Below are positions 18,209 to 28,502 of a stretch of DNA of 64,000 bases, in pieces. The notes below the pieces were generated by a model. That model had not been told where the DNA came from, made no database searches, and worked only from the letters and a program-made list of their open reading frames with translations. How positions within the stretch are numbered: the stretch's first letter is position 1; every line of letters begins with the position of its first letter. The stretch is taken from assembly GCA_965218055.1 (NCBI GenBank), contig CBDCKA010000002.1, forward strand, positions 1,136,514 to 1,200,513, given 5' to 3'. This DNA is from Terriglobia bacterium (GTDB lineage Bacteria; Acidobacteriota; Terriglobia; JAJPHL01; JAPKYU01). The position numbers and the translations under genes are program-made.

Positions 18209-21200
18209 TTAGAACGCCAACCGCAGCGTGAACTGGAACTGCCGAGGATCGAACGCCGAGGCGAACGAAAGCGGCTCCGTGACCGGCCCGCGCCGCCCAA
18301 CGAGCTGTGCCGGAAGGTCTTCAATGGACGCGCTTCCAACAACGCCGTTCACCGTCTTGAAATTGGTGCGGTTCAGCAGGTTGAACGCTTCGCCGATGAC
18401 CTGCAGGTTCACTGCTTCCGACAGCGAGAACGAGCGCGTGAGCCTCATGTCGACACCAAAGAAAGCCGGGCCTATCCCGGCGTTGCGGCCGAGGCCCCAC
18501 GGGCGGTGGGTGTCGGTATGGCGGTCGCCGAGCGAATCGAAGCCGGTGGTCAGGTTGAATGGCGCGAACGAGTTCGCCGCCACGATTCCGGACACGGTGA
18601 AATCCGCCAGGAGGTTATGTCCGAAGCCGCGCCCCCTGGCTGCCTCCCACGGGGACTGGGCCACGACGGTTGCGACAAAACGGTGCCCGCGGTGATAGGC
18701 GGAGAGGGCGCGTTCGTTCCGGGCGTCCCACGGGATGTGCGGCTCGAACGACGAATTGTAGTCAGTGGCCTCGTCCATGGCCTTGCTCCAGGTGTGATGC
18801 GCAGAGATCGAAAACCCGTCCGTGAACCGGTTCTCCAACTGCAAGATCATCGCGTGGTAGTCCGATGTTCCCCAACTGCCATACGCGTTGTCCTGATAAA
18901 TCAGTGGGTTGTGGAAGCCCGGGACCGGCCGGCCGGTCGCCGGGTCGGGTCCGGTGTCGTAAATGTTCAGGTCCAGCGGCCGGATGAGGTGGAGGCCGCG
19001 ATTGAAGTTATAGGCCGCGGACACGGCGTAACCGGCAACTTCGCGCTGGATTTCGAAACTGCCTTGCATGGAGTACGGGTTCACGACATCTTCCGCGACC
19101 CGGAAACCGATGCGTAGCGGGTATCCCGGGCCCGGCACGATACCGTGGGGCGCCAGGTCTTCGGGCAGGATGGCCCGCTGCCCGAGGATTCCCCGAGCCT
19201 GAAGTGTCTGGTAGATCTCCGCGGAGGTCAACCGGCCGCCCGTCAACGCGCTGTTAATCCCGGCGAGACCCGTCAATGGGATGAACACCTGATTGATTTG
19301 TTGCTTCTCTCCGAGCAGGTCGTTGATGAACCCGACGTGGCCCTCGATTCGGGAATAGTAGATTCCGAAACCGCCACGAACCACTGTCCTCGAGTTCGGG
19401 CTCCAAGCGAATCCAGCCCTCGGCGCGAAGTTGTTGTAATCGCGCGGGAACCTTGTCTTCAGTGCAAGCTCGTGCCGCAGTCCGAGCGTCAGCAGGAAAC
19501 TCGGCGAGACCCGGATCGAGTCCTCGATGAAGAAGTTCATCCGGTTGGCCCAGCCCACCCAGTTTGGATTCCCGAAGCCCTGCTGGTAGACGGTTGGCAG
19601 GCTGAGGGCGAACGCCTGCAATGCCGAAATGGGCGCGTCGACGGCGCCCGCCAGATGCGGCGCGCCGGCGCCGGACAGCAGCCCCTGGAGCTGCCGCGAC
19701 GTTCCCGCGCCCGCCACGTTGTCGATAATGTTGCTGAGCGGGACGGCCTCTCCGAAAACGAATCTTCCACTAAAGAAAGTCTCGGCTTGCGCGCTGTCGC
19801 GGATGGGATTGATGTCGGCGCCAAACTTGAGCGTCTGGCGGCCGGACACGCGCATGAAGTTCTGACGCACCTGGAAGGAGCGCTCGAGGTTTCGTACCGG
19901 GAGGATGAAGTCCCTGCCGAAGCTGATCGCGCCGATATCGATCGCGGGCCCGAACGTGTCGGTCGGATACACGCCGAAGTCGTGATACCCGAGACCCACA
20001 CGCGTCTCGCTGACCCAGCGGGGGTTGATCACCAGAGTGTCGCCGAACGCGACCGCGAAGTCATTGACGTTCGAGTTCCTTCCTCTGCTGCGAGCGGTGA
20101 GCGCCCCGAAATTTGTGTTGTCGCTCTCCTGCCCACTCCAGTTTCCCCGGAAGAACATATGGTGGCCGTCCCTCAGTGTGTGGTCGACACGCGTAATGAA
20201 CTGCTGGCGCTGCTCCCCGAACGGGAAGACACCGCTGTTCTCCTGGAACAGGGACACCACGGCCGGATTATGCGCCGGGACAAGCGCACCGGCGAGTCGG
20301 TCGACCAGGGGGACCAGGGGCGGCGCCGCGACGCGGAGCGCGCCGACCAGAGACTGCTGTGACTCCGTCAGCGACGTGAGGAACGATCTGTCGGCCAGCA
20401 GCGGAACGATCTGCGACTCGTGGCGGTCCAGGCGTTCGTACGCGGCGTAGAAGAACGTCCTGTTCGGCTCGATCGGACCGCCAATGGATGCGCCGGCCTG
20501 CGCCCGCGTATAGGCCGCCTTTCCGGGGTCGAAGTAATTGCGCGCCTGGAAGCGGCGGTTGCGCAGAACGCCGAAAAGGGTTCCATGCACCTCGTTCGTG
20601 CCCCCCTTCGTAACGATGTTGATCGTGCCGCCCGGCGCCCCACCCTGTTCGGTGGAGAACGAGTTCCTGTTGATCTGGAACTCCTGGACGGCATCCTGGC
20701 TGATCGAGGATCGAACGCTTCCGGAGCTGTAAAGGTTGTCCAGCCCGTCGATCATGAACGTGTTGCCTCGTCCGTTGCCCCCACCGATGCCGAGTCCAGA
20801 GGAGGGTGTGGGGCAATGCGGCGATCAGTCGCGTTGGCGATGTGGTTGGTATTCACGACGCCTGGGGTTAACAGCGCCAAGTCCAGATAGTCGCGACGGT
20901 TGATCGGGAGGTTCTGGATACGAACCGAGTCGATGTGAACGGACTGCTGAACGCGTTCGGGTTCGATGGCCAGCCGCGCGAATTCCGCCGCCACGACCAC
21001 CTGGGTCTCGGTCGTAGCGATCTCAAGTTGGGGCGAAAACGCCGAAACCTCGCCAACGCGCACTTCGAATCCCTCCACGGTCAGGGACGCGAAATTCGAT
21101 GCCTCGAAGCGCAGCGTATACGTTCCCGGCGCGAGATGACTGAACACGAACCCACCGCTATCGGTCGCCACTGCTTCCTGTGCCACGCCACGGCTCTCAT

Positions 21201-21423
21201 CAAGCGCCGTGACGGTCACGTCCTGGATCACGGCCTGGGTTTCGTCTACGACGAAACCTCGGATGCTGCCCGTGTTCGTCTGCGCGTACGCGGCAAGGCT
21301 GCCAATCAGCGTGAGCGATACGATGTGGAAGAAGCAAAACGAGATTGCCACGGCACGGATGAATCTGGAACGTACTTTCGTAGCTGCGATGTGAGGGGAT
21401 GTCTGCTGGGTAGTATGCAACAT
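18209..21423 (-). pseudogene. TonB-dependent receptor with N-terminal carboxypeptidase-regulatory-like domain; apparent frameshift at 20756-20830
   Basis: The ORF at 20752-21423 encodes a signal peptide, a CarbopepD_reg-like domain and the plug start (…INRRDYLDLALLTPGV…). The ORF at 18209-20755 continues upstream in another frame (…SSGLGIGGGNGRGNTFMIDGLDN…) and ends with the TBDR C-terminus …FTLRLAF. The frames switch within about 70 nt. Confidence 0.7.
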
Positions 21424-21775
21424 ATAGGTAGGGGATTATATGTCTGACCATGTATCGTCCCCAACAAAAACCACTCATGATTCGCGTGGACCCGGAATTT
21501 TAGAGCGCACCAATGCCTGCGCCAGACGCCTGGGACTAGACCGGAATTTCCATTATGACCTCCCGGCTGTGGCAATGATACGCTCGTTGGCCTGAGTTGG
21601 AGCACATTTTTGCCGCTTCCCTCCTCAGGAGGCAAGACACGCCAATGACGGCGTACCGCGTCTGCGATCCACGCAAGGTCCAGAAGCCTGGTTCCATCCC
21701 CAGCGTTGAAAAAACAACAATAAGCCATTCTTCGGGATGATCTATGCAACAAGCGCTTCAGGGGGTATTCCCCTC

Positions 21776-23044
21776 CTACCGATCGCCCAAGGCCTCCGCC
21801 TGCCGCTTGAAGCTCTTCTCGACCACTGCGGAACCAAGCGAATCACCGAAGACGTTCACCGCCGTCCTGAAACGGTCCAGTAGCCAGTCGACCGACAGGA
21901 TCAGCCCGATATATTCGACAGGTAATCCGACCGCGTTCAACACGATTACCATCGTGACCAGCCCGGCTTCGGGAATGCCCGCGGCTCCGATGGCCGCCAT
22001 GGTAGCGGTGACGGCAATCACAAGCTGCGAGGTGATCGTGAGCTCAAACCCAATCGCCTGTGCGATGAATATGGCGGCTGCGGCCTCATAGAGGGCGGTG
22101 CCATCCATGTTGATCGTGGCTCCCAAGGGAAGAACGAAATCGGAGGACTGTTTCGATACCTTGGCCTTTTCGACAGCACAATTCATCGTGATCGGCAGCG
22201 TTGCTGTTGAACTCGCAGTTGAAAAGGCCGTCAGGAGAGCCTGGGACATCTGGTACATGAAACGGAACGGGTTCCTTCGGGTGAAGATCCACAGGATCAA
22301 GGGAAGCGTTAAAAATGCATGGACCCCCAGCCCGGCGAGGACCGTTCCAAAGTACGCTCCGGTCTGTTGAAGAACCGCTCCCAGGTTTCCCCCAGCCTGG
22401 GCTTCACCAAAGCGGGCAGTCACCAGGCAGAAGATCCCAAACGGAGCCAGTTTCATCAGCAACAGGATGAACGACAAGAGCGCTTCGTTGACCTGGGTGA
22501 TCATCTCGGCAAGCGCCCGGACTCGGGCGCCCATCGTCGTGAGCATTCCGGCAAAGATGATCGAGAAGACAATCAGCGGCAGCAGGCTGGTCTTGGCTGC
22601 CGACTCGATCAGGTTGTCGGTAAAGAGCATCAGGACCAGGCCCCGGAGGATCGTTCCCAGGCCCGCGTCTTCCCGGCCAGCAGTGTTCACCTGGCCCTCC
22701 GCGAGGCTCGCGTCTAGGACCGCCTGGTCGACACCGACACCGGGCTGAATGAGATTCACCATGAGCAGACCCACGATCACAGCCAGGACGGTTGTCATCA
22801 GGTAGTAGGTCACCGCCAGACCGCCGGGGCGGCCCAGTTTTCGAATGTCGCCGAGTCCAAGGATGCCGCTCATCACGCTGGCCATCACCAGCGGAACCAC
22901 CATCATCGTGAGCAGGTTGAGGAATATCTTACCCCCAAGCTCGAACTGCATCGCAAATCCCGGAGCAAAAACAGCCAGGAGGACGGCCAAAATAATCGCA
23001 ACGGCGATGTACAAGGTCAGGTGGCTCTTCGGTTTATCGGGCAT
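21776..23044 (-). CDS. dicarboxylate/amino acid:cation symporter (DAACS family, GltP/DctA-like)
   Basis: DAACS family sequence (…LTMMVVPLVMASVMSGILGLGD…ATINMDGTALYEAAAAIFIAQAIGFELT…). The start is assigned to MPDKPKSHLT at 23044. Confidence 0.85.
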   Translation of the reverse strand: MPDKPKSHLTLYIAVAIILAVLLAVFAPGFAMQFELGGKIFLNLLTMMVVPLVMASVMSGILGLGDIRKLGRPGGLAVTYYLMTTVLAVIVGLLMVNLIQPGVGVDQAVLDASLAEGQVNTAGREDAGLGTILRGLVLMLFTDNLIESAAKTSLLPLIVFSIIFAGMLTTMGARVRALAEMITQVNEALLSFILLLMKLAPFGIFCLVTARFGEAQAGGNLGAVLQQTGAYFGTVLAGLGVHAFLTLPLILWIFTRRNPFRFMYQMSQALLTAFSTASSTATLPITMNCAVEKAKVSKQSSDFVLPLGATINMDGTALYEAAAAIFIAQAIGFELTITSQLVIAVTATMAAIGAAGIPEAGLVTMVIVLNAVGLPVEYIGLILSVDWLLDRFRTAVNVFGDSLGSAVVEKSFKRQAEALGDR

Positions 23045-23377
23045 TGTGCAGCCTCTCCGAGTTGATGCGCCGATTCTGCTTCCGCTTGGCGGCGATAAAC
23101 CATCATTATGCCCTCGCCAAGCCTGAAAAGCTAGCGAACGAGCATCGCCACGTTCCGAGGACAAGACCGGCCCAAAACCCCCAAAAGGCAACAAATCTCC
23201 TTAGCGTCCGATTCTTTCCGCTTCGTGAGGTGACTACAACACCCGTTCCGTAGCACCTTTTCCAGGAGTCGGGAACCTGGGGTGCGGACACGTTGGCATG
23301 CCCCACGTGGTTCCATCCCCATAGGCAGAAGAGTCCGCACCCAGCGCCCCGAAATATGACAAAACCGGGAGGATGCC

Positions 23378-24343
23378 ATGAAACGTATGCATCGATTGTG
23401 GAGCTTTCTAGTTGCGCTTGGGGTTTTCGTTCCGGGGGCGGCGCATGGTCAGGGAATATATCTCGGCTTCGAGATGGGCCAGAACTTCGTCCCGGGAATG
23501 AATACCACAGGAGACAGCGACGACCGGGCCAGCGTGTGTGACGAGTATATCAACCCGCTGTACACGACCGTGACACAAACTGCCGGGTATGAAGACTACA
23601 ACTGCACGGGTTCGAATCGCGGGTTAGGTGACGACTGGAACAACAGGTTTGACAGCGCCGGTGGCTTTCTGTCCGGATTCGTGCTGGGGTATCGAACAGG
23701 AAAGAACGACCCGGACGGGATGCGGGTCCGCCTTAGGCCAGAGTTCGAATACTTCTACCGGGCCTCCCGATATGACCAGACCGCCGATATTCCCTTCGCC
23801 ACCGGAGCCTCCGGCGACAAGATTCGTCAGGAAATTCAGGTGGCGACGGACCGCATAGGCACCCTCGCCGGGCACAATCTGTTCGGGAACCTGTATCTGG
23901 ACTTCACCAACAGCACCCGGTTCACCCCCTATGCCGGGCTGGGCATGGGTATCGGTTCTGCCAAAATGGAATACACCAGTCTGTGGGCCAGGAACGCCGA
24001 CCCCACCGCCATCTCCACCGGAGAGGGGCTGCCCAACGTCGAGCAGATCCGCCGGAACCTTGCCGGAACGACCAGTGTCGCCCAGAAGGCACTTTCCGAC
24101 ACCCTGTTCGGTTATCAGGTGCTGTTCGGAGTGGACTACGAAATCACGGAGTCTCTGTCCATAGGGGTGAAGGGCCACTGGATCAACTTCTCATCCTTCC
24201 ATAGCGAGCGTTTCGAATGGATTCCGTTGCGCAGCCACGTGCCGAATCTGCGCAGGGACGGGAGCGAACCGGTATCGGGCACCATCATGGCAGACGACAT
24301 GAAGCTGTTCGGTTTCAGCCTGAGCCTGAAATACCACTTCTGA
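23378..24343 (+). CDS. outer-membrane beta-barrel protein
   Basis: Signal peptide MKRMHRLWSFLVALGVFVPGAAHGQ, beta-strand periodicity and a C-terminal …LSLKYHF. Confidence 0.7.
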   Translation: MKRMHRLWSFLVALGVFVPGAAHGQGIYLGFEMGQNFVPGMNTTGDSDDRASVCDEYINPLYTTVTQTAGYEDYNCTGSNRGLGDDWNNRFDSAGGFLSGFVLGYRTGKNDPDGMRVRLRPEFEYFYRASRYDQTADIPFATGASGDKIRQEIQVATDRIGTLAGHNLFGNLYLDFTNSTRFTPYAGLGMGIGSAKMEYTSLWARNADPTAISTGEGLPNVEQIRRNLAGTTSVAQKALSDTLFGYQVLFGVDYEITESLSIGVKGHWINFSSFHSERFEWIPLRSHVPNLRRDGSEPVSGTIMADDMKLFGFSLSLKYHF

Positions 24344-24598
24344 CAACCTGTCGTTCGATGGCACCGCGTTCCGAATGCAGTCGGAGAGCGACCGGCCTAG
24401 AGCTAGCTCGCGGCTTTGGGTCTGAACCGCTTCGGTGCAAAGCCACGCGAGGATCAGGCGCGGCAGGTTCCCGTAGGGGAGCTTGAAATCCCCCGTGGCC
24501 GTCGTGATGAGGGTGGATGGCCCGCTCTGCCGCTTGTACTGGAGTTGGTTGCCGGGGTTGGGGCGGGGCAGTGAAGAGGATGCCGATCTGGGTTTCAA
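24344..24598 (-). other. possible fragment of a RepA_N-like replication initiator (gene remnant)
   Basis: …TATGDFKLPYGNLPRLILAWLCTEAVQTQSRELALGRSLSDCIRNA… loosely resembles the conserved RepA_N block (…ATIYDKDILIYCISQLVEA…). It is only a remnant with no intact ORF, and lies between the OMP gene and the integrase. Confidence 0.2.
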
Positions 24599-24649
24599 GG
24601 CGCGGCTTGTGGTGACAAAGAACCCGGGGTGAGGGAGTGTACTCGAGGC

Positions 24650-25624
24650 TCACACGGAGATGCGCTCGACGATGTTGCGGGTGACGCGGCGACGCCGGCG
24701 GTCATAGATCTGGGTGGTCTTGGGGTTGGCATGGCCGGCCAGGTACTGGACGTCCTCGAGAGGCACGTCCTGGGTGAGCAGGTCGGTGACCACCAGGACG
24801 CGGAAGCTGTGGGGGCTGAAGATGTCGGGCAACCGGGCATCTTTGAGCCGTCGCTTGAGCATGCGGCGCATGGCGTTGGCCGACAAGGGAGCGGCGGAGA
24901 GCTTCTTTTGCTTTCCCCTGGCCGCCCGGAACAGGGGCGTCTCCTTGGGGTCCGCAGCGATCCGGGCCGCCTGCAGGTACGCCTCAAGCCAGCGATCGAG
25001 GTCGTGGCGGACGGGGATCTCGCGCTGCTGGCCGCCCTTTTCCCGGAACCGCAGGACGCGCTGGGCGCCCTGGTCCTCGAGGTCCTGGCGGCGGAGCCGG
25101 GCGAGGGCGCCGACACGGGCCCCGGTGTAGGCGAGGGTTCCCAGCACGGCCCGATCTCGCAATCCCACGACACCAGAGAGGTCCAAGGAGCGAAGCAACC
25201 CCCGCGCCTGCCCGGGGGTCAGCTCGGGCGTCTTGCCGTCCACGACGGCGTGCTTCCGCCCCCGCACGGAGGAGAACGGGTTCAGAGCCACGGCATGGCG
25301 AATGACCAGGGCATCGAAGAAATGCCGCAGGGCGGCCAGCGCCAGATTCCGTGTGGGGTCAGATCCTGGAATCTCCTCAATGAAGCGCCCGGCGAGGCCC
25401 GGCGTAACCTGACGCAGCTCGATCCCTTGCTCCTCGCACCAGGCGAGGAAGCGCCCTACGATGCGGGCGTAGGCGCGGCGGGTGTGGGGGTTGGAGATGC
25501 GGGCGGCGAAGAACTCATCGGCGGCAAAGAGCGCGTTCTTCCCGGCACGCTGCAGGACGGCGGGGGTGCGATCGAGGGCCTGGGAGGCGGGCAGAAGGGC
25601 GGATTGGGAAGGGTCTGTGTGCAT
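24650..25624 (-). CDS. tyrosine recombinase / phage-type integrase
   Basis: C-terminal catalytic domain with …HSFRVLVVTDLL…LAGHANPKTTQIYDRR (box II, catalytic Tyr) and an N-terminal SAM-like domain. Confidence 0.9.
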   Translation of the reverse strand: MHTDPSQSALLPASQALDRTPAVLQRAGKNALFAADEFFAARISNPHTRRAYARIVGRFLAWCEEQGIELRQVTPGLAGRFIEEIPGSDPTRNLALAALRHFFDALVIRHAVALNPFSSVRGRKHAVVDGKTPELTPGQARGLLRSLDLSGVVGLRDRAVLGTLAYTGARVGALARLRRQDLEDQGAQRVLRFREKGGQQREIPVRHDLDRWLEAYLQAARIAADPKETPLFRAARGKQKKLSAAPLSANAMRRMLKRRLKDARLPDIFSPHSFRVLVVTDLLTQDVPLEDVQYLAGHANPKTTQIYDRRRRRVTRNIVERISV

Positions 25625-25831
25625 GGCGATATAGGGGATGATAACCTACTTTATCAGGCTGTATAAGGCTGTGCTCCAATCCCAGCCGCAACCGTCCGCC
25701 AGCACATCTGAGAGAGGAACGCGATAAAAAACAGTAACCTTCCCGCCTAAAGTCCGGCCACCACGGTGCGTAGCCAACGCAGCTTGCAGGCATGCACTTT
25801 ATATGGTTCACTGTATATTGAAAGGTGCAGG

Positions 25832-26188
25832 ATGGCCGACGAGCCGAAGCCACAGAAAATCCCGTTGATCTTCTACCGCACGCGGTCGGGCAGCGAACCC
25901 GGGAGGGAGTGGCTGAAAGGGCTGGATGAGGCCGAGCGTCAGGCGATAGGGAAGGACCTGCTGCGGGCGCAATGGCGCTGGCCGGTAGGCATGCCGCTGT
26001 GCCGCCCGATGGGAGACGGCCTCTGGGAAATCCGGACGGACCTGCCGACAAAACGGACGGCGCGCGTGCTGCTTTGCCTCTACCGCAAGCACCTGGTGGT
26101 GCTGCACGGGTTCATCAAGAAAACACGGGCAACGCCGGATTCGGACCTGGCAACGGCACACAAGCGTCAGAAGGAGTTGGAACGATGA
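25832..26188 (+). CDS. type II toxin, RelE/ParE superfamily (Gp49/HigB-like)
   Basis: …PMGDGLWEIRTDLPTKRTARVLLCLYRKHLVVLHGFIKKTRATPDSDLATAHKRQKE matches the Gp49-like HigB family. The toxin-first gene order and the ATGA overlap with the downstream HTH gene fit this call. Confidence 0.8.
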   Translation: MADEPKPQKIPLIFYRTRSGSEPGREWLKGLDEAERQAIGKDLLRAQWRWPVGMPLCRPMGDGLWEIRTDLPTKRTARVLLCLYRKHLVVLHGFIKKTRATPDSDLATAHKRQKELER

Positions 26189-26463
26189 GCAAGAAGCATA
26201 TGGGATCTAGCATCGATGCCTTCCTCCTTGAGGAAGGCATCTTCGAGGAAGCGCAGGCGCAGGCAATCAAGGAAGTCGTGGCGTGGCAGCTCGCGGAGGC
26301 CATGAAGAAGAAGAAAATCTCCAAGAACAAGATGGCGACGCTGCTGAAGACGAGCCGCACCCAGGTGGACCGGCTGCTCGATCCGAAAAACGACATTACG
26401 CTGGGAAGCCTGCAACGGGCCGCCGCAATGGTCGGGCGCCGCGTGAATATCGAGTTGGTGTAG
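26185..26463 (+). CDS. HigA-like antitoxin (XRE-family HTH protein)
   Basis: 92 aa with a C-terminal HTH (…KISKNKMATLLKTSRTQVDRLLDPKNDITLGSLQRAAAMVGRRVNIELV). Its start overlaps the toxin stop (ATGA). Confidence 0.75.
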   Translation: MSKKHMGSSIDAFLLEEGIFEEAQAQAIKEVVAWQLAEAMKKKKISKNKMATLLKTSRTQVDRLLDPKNDITLGSLQRAAAMVGRRVNIELV

Positions 26464-26520
26464 GGGGACAAAGGGTAAGCTCATCGTGGAGCGAATTTAG
26501 ATCCCCGGGGACAGCTGTAC

Positions 26521-27267
26521 GTGATGAAATTTGACGGCTACACCTTACAGGCTCGACTCATGCCCACATACGTCGTGCTTCTGCCCTTAGCGATAGGACT
26601 TCAGGTGTGGCTTCCGGAGGGAGCCATACTGGAGCGACTCGGCACGATTCTCGTCGCCCCCGCGCCGCTGGCTATACTTCTTGCACAGCTAGGCCGCGAC
26701 CGCGGCTACAGGTTGCAGAAGCAACTGTGGACCGGTTGGGGTGGCGCGATGACGACACAAATGCTTCGCCATCGGAGAACGGATGGCAACCCGGTCATGC
26801 GGCAATCGTATCATGCGTGCATTGAGCGGCTGTTTCCCGATCTGAATATACCCACGTCCGAAGAAGAGAACGCTAACCCCCAGGCGGCAGATCGCGTTTA
26901 TGAAGCGGCCACGAAAAAATTGATTGCGGCGACTCGGGATCGCGACAGATTTCCACTCATTTACAAGGAAAATGTAAGTTATGGCTTTAGGCGCAATCTC
27001 TGGGGGCTTCGGCCTCTTGGTCTGATTCTATCGATCGGGGGAGCAGTGATCTGCTTGGTCCGGTGGTTATTGTGGACGGACCCAGGGACCGCGCCGGCAC
27101 AGAATGTTGACTGGTTCTTGGCTTGTGGTGCATGCTTAGTGATGACTATCCTGTGGGTCTTTTGGATTAAGCGATCTTGGGTTCGTATTCCCGCAGAGGC
27201 ATACGCCGAGCGGCTCTTTGAAAGCTGCGAGCTACTGAAAACACAGGCGGATGACGCAACCCAATGA
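26521..27267 (+). CDS. hypothetical 4-TM membrane protein (2 TM – cytoplasmic domain – 2 TM)
   Basis: 248 aa, possibly with a GTG start at 26521 (ATG at 26524). Its stop overlaps the start of the next gene (ATGA), so the two look like an operon. Confidence 0.55.
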   Translation: MMKFDGYTLQARLMPTYVVLLPLAIGLQVWLPEGAILERLGTILVAPAPLAILLAQLGRDRGYRLQKQLWTGWGGAMTTQMLRHRRTDGNPVMRQSYHACIERLFPDLNIPTSEEENANPQAADRVYEAATKKLIAATRDRDRFPLIYKENVSYGFRRNLWGLRPLGLILSIGGAVICLVRWLLWTDPGTAPAQNVDWFLACGACLVMTILWVFWIKRSWVRIPAEAYAERLFESCELLKTQADDATQ

Positions 27268-27414
27268 AATTCGAGATACTCGACGTCGGTCACGGCTTCT
27301 GCGCGTTGCTGACTGCTGATAACGGGAATATCATACTGTTCGATTGCGGCCACAAAACCACCCCTGAGTTTCGGCCATCAACATACCTTCAGCAGCTTGG
27401 GTGCTCGGGTATCG
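27264..27414 (+). pseudogene. MBL-fold (ComEC-like metallo-beta-lactamase domain) protein, 3'-truncated after ~50 codons by IS3 copy 3
   Basis: MKFEILDVGHGFCALLTADNGNIILFDCGHKTTPEF… matches the N-terminal ComEC/MBL block (ILDVGQGD…ILID.GG). The frame runs directly into the IS right terminal repeat at 27415. Confidence 0.5.
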
Positions 27415-27456
27415 TGTCAAGGACTGATTTCTTTAGACACTGATTCTGAGAGTTTT

Positions 27457-28374
27457 TTACGCGACTAACGCATACCGTTTGGCGAATACCACAGGCGGCA
27501 TGTTGAGCGCGGAGTGAATCCGCGTGTTGTTGTAGTCCCACAGGGTGCGGTAGATCTCCGCCACTAGCTCCCCCAGTGTTTTGAAGCGGTTCGGATCTCC
27601 CAGGTCAACCTTGAATTTGTCGTAGAACGATTCCTGGTATCCGTTCTCCCAAGGGCACCCCGGGCGGCTCCGTGAAATCACGATGCCGCATCCATCAAGG
27701 ATTTCAGTGAACGCCATCGCGTCATACTCCCTCCCGTTGTCGGAGTGGAATAGACCCGGGCGCGGATGATGGAGCAGGGCGTTGGAAAGCGCCTGAATGG
27801 TGAGCGCGGCTCCCTTTCTCACCGCAACCTGGATTCCCAGGATCCGGCGGGTGTAGAGATCGATCACGGTCGCCACATAGACCTTCTTTCCGTGCTGCAC
27901 GAACTCGGTGAAGTCCGTTGCCCAGATGTGGTTTGCATATGCGGGCATGAGCGCGAGCAGGAGGTTGGGATAGGTCCGGGAAACCTTGGATTTTCTCCAT
28001 TTTCTGCCTCTCCTGCGGTAGGGCTTGATGCCAAACAGACGCATGACCCTCTGCGCCCGCTGGCGGCAGAGTCCCAGTGCCGTAGCAATTCGCCGGGAGC
28101 CGTAGGAGGGATGGATCTGCAGCTCTTCTTCCAGGCGGACCTTGAGGCGCCAGTCCTTCTCCTTCATTCTTGGGACGTAATACAGGCTCGCGCGGGATAT
28201 GCCAAGGGCTCGGGCAAGCGCTGATTTGTTTCTTCCTTCGCTCAATTGTTTTTTTGAGTCATGGAGAGCTTGAGCGTGATCTCGCCCACGAGTTCCAGGA
28301 GTTCTCTGTTCTGCTTCTGAAGTCGGGAGAACTCCGCCCAGGACGGGGCACCGGTTGCTCCTTTTACCATCCAA
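27457..28374 (-). CDS. IS3-family transposase OrfB (copy 3)
   Basis: Identical 305-aa product. Confidence 0.85.
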   Translation of the reverse strand: MDGKRSNRCPVLGGVLPTSEAEQRTPGTRGRDHAQALHDSKKQLSEGRNKSALARALGISRASLYYVPRMKEKDWRLKVRLEEELQIHPSYGSRRIATALGLCRQRAQRVMRLFGIKPYRRRGRKWRKSKVSRTYPNLLLALMPAYANHIWATDFTEFVQHGKKVYVATVIDLYTRRILGIQVAVRKGAALTIQALSNALLHHPRPGLFHSDNGREYDAMAFTEILDGCGIVISRSRPGCPWENGYQESFYDKFKVDLGDPNRFKTLGELVAEIYRTLWDYNNTRIHSALNMPPVVFAKRYALVA

Positions 28375-28502
28375 CCATAGATGCTCCCTTCAGAAATACC
28401 GTGATCCTTGGCGGCCTGGGCCACCGAGATGTCTTCTTCCTTGACGCGGCGTAGGATATCGGCTTTTACGTCAGCTGCAATACGATGATGTTTTTTGTTC
28501 AT
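28242..28502 (-). CDS. IS3-family transposase OrfA (copy 3)
   Basis: 86 aa with one substitution (E23D) relative to copy 1. Confidence 0.85.
   Translation of the reverse strand: MNKKHHRIAADVKADILRRVKEEDISVAQAAKDHGISEGSIYGWMVKGATGAPSWAEFSRLQKQNRELLELVGEITLKLSMTQKNN

Noticed and set aside
19145-20362. 405-aa plus-strand ORF
   Set aside because: It lies entirely antisense to the TonB-dependent receptor, an antisense frame that is open by chance in high-GC DNA.
24629-25666. 345-aa plus-strand ORF
   Set aside because: Antisense to the tyrosine integrase gene, which has clear catalytic motifs.
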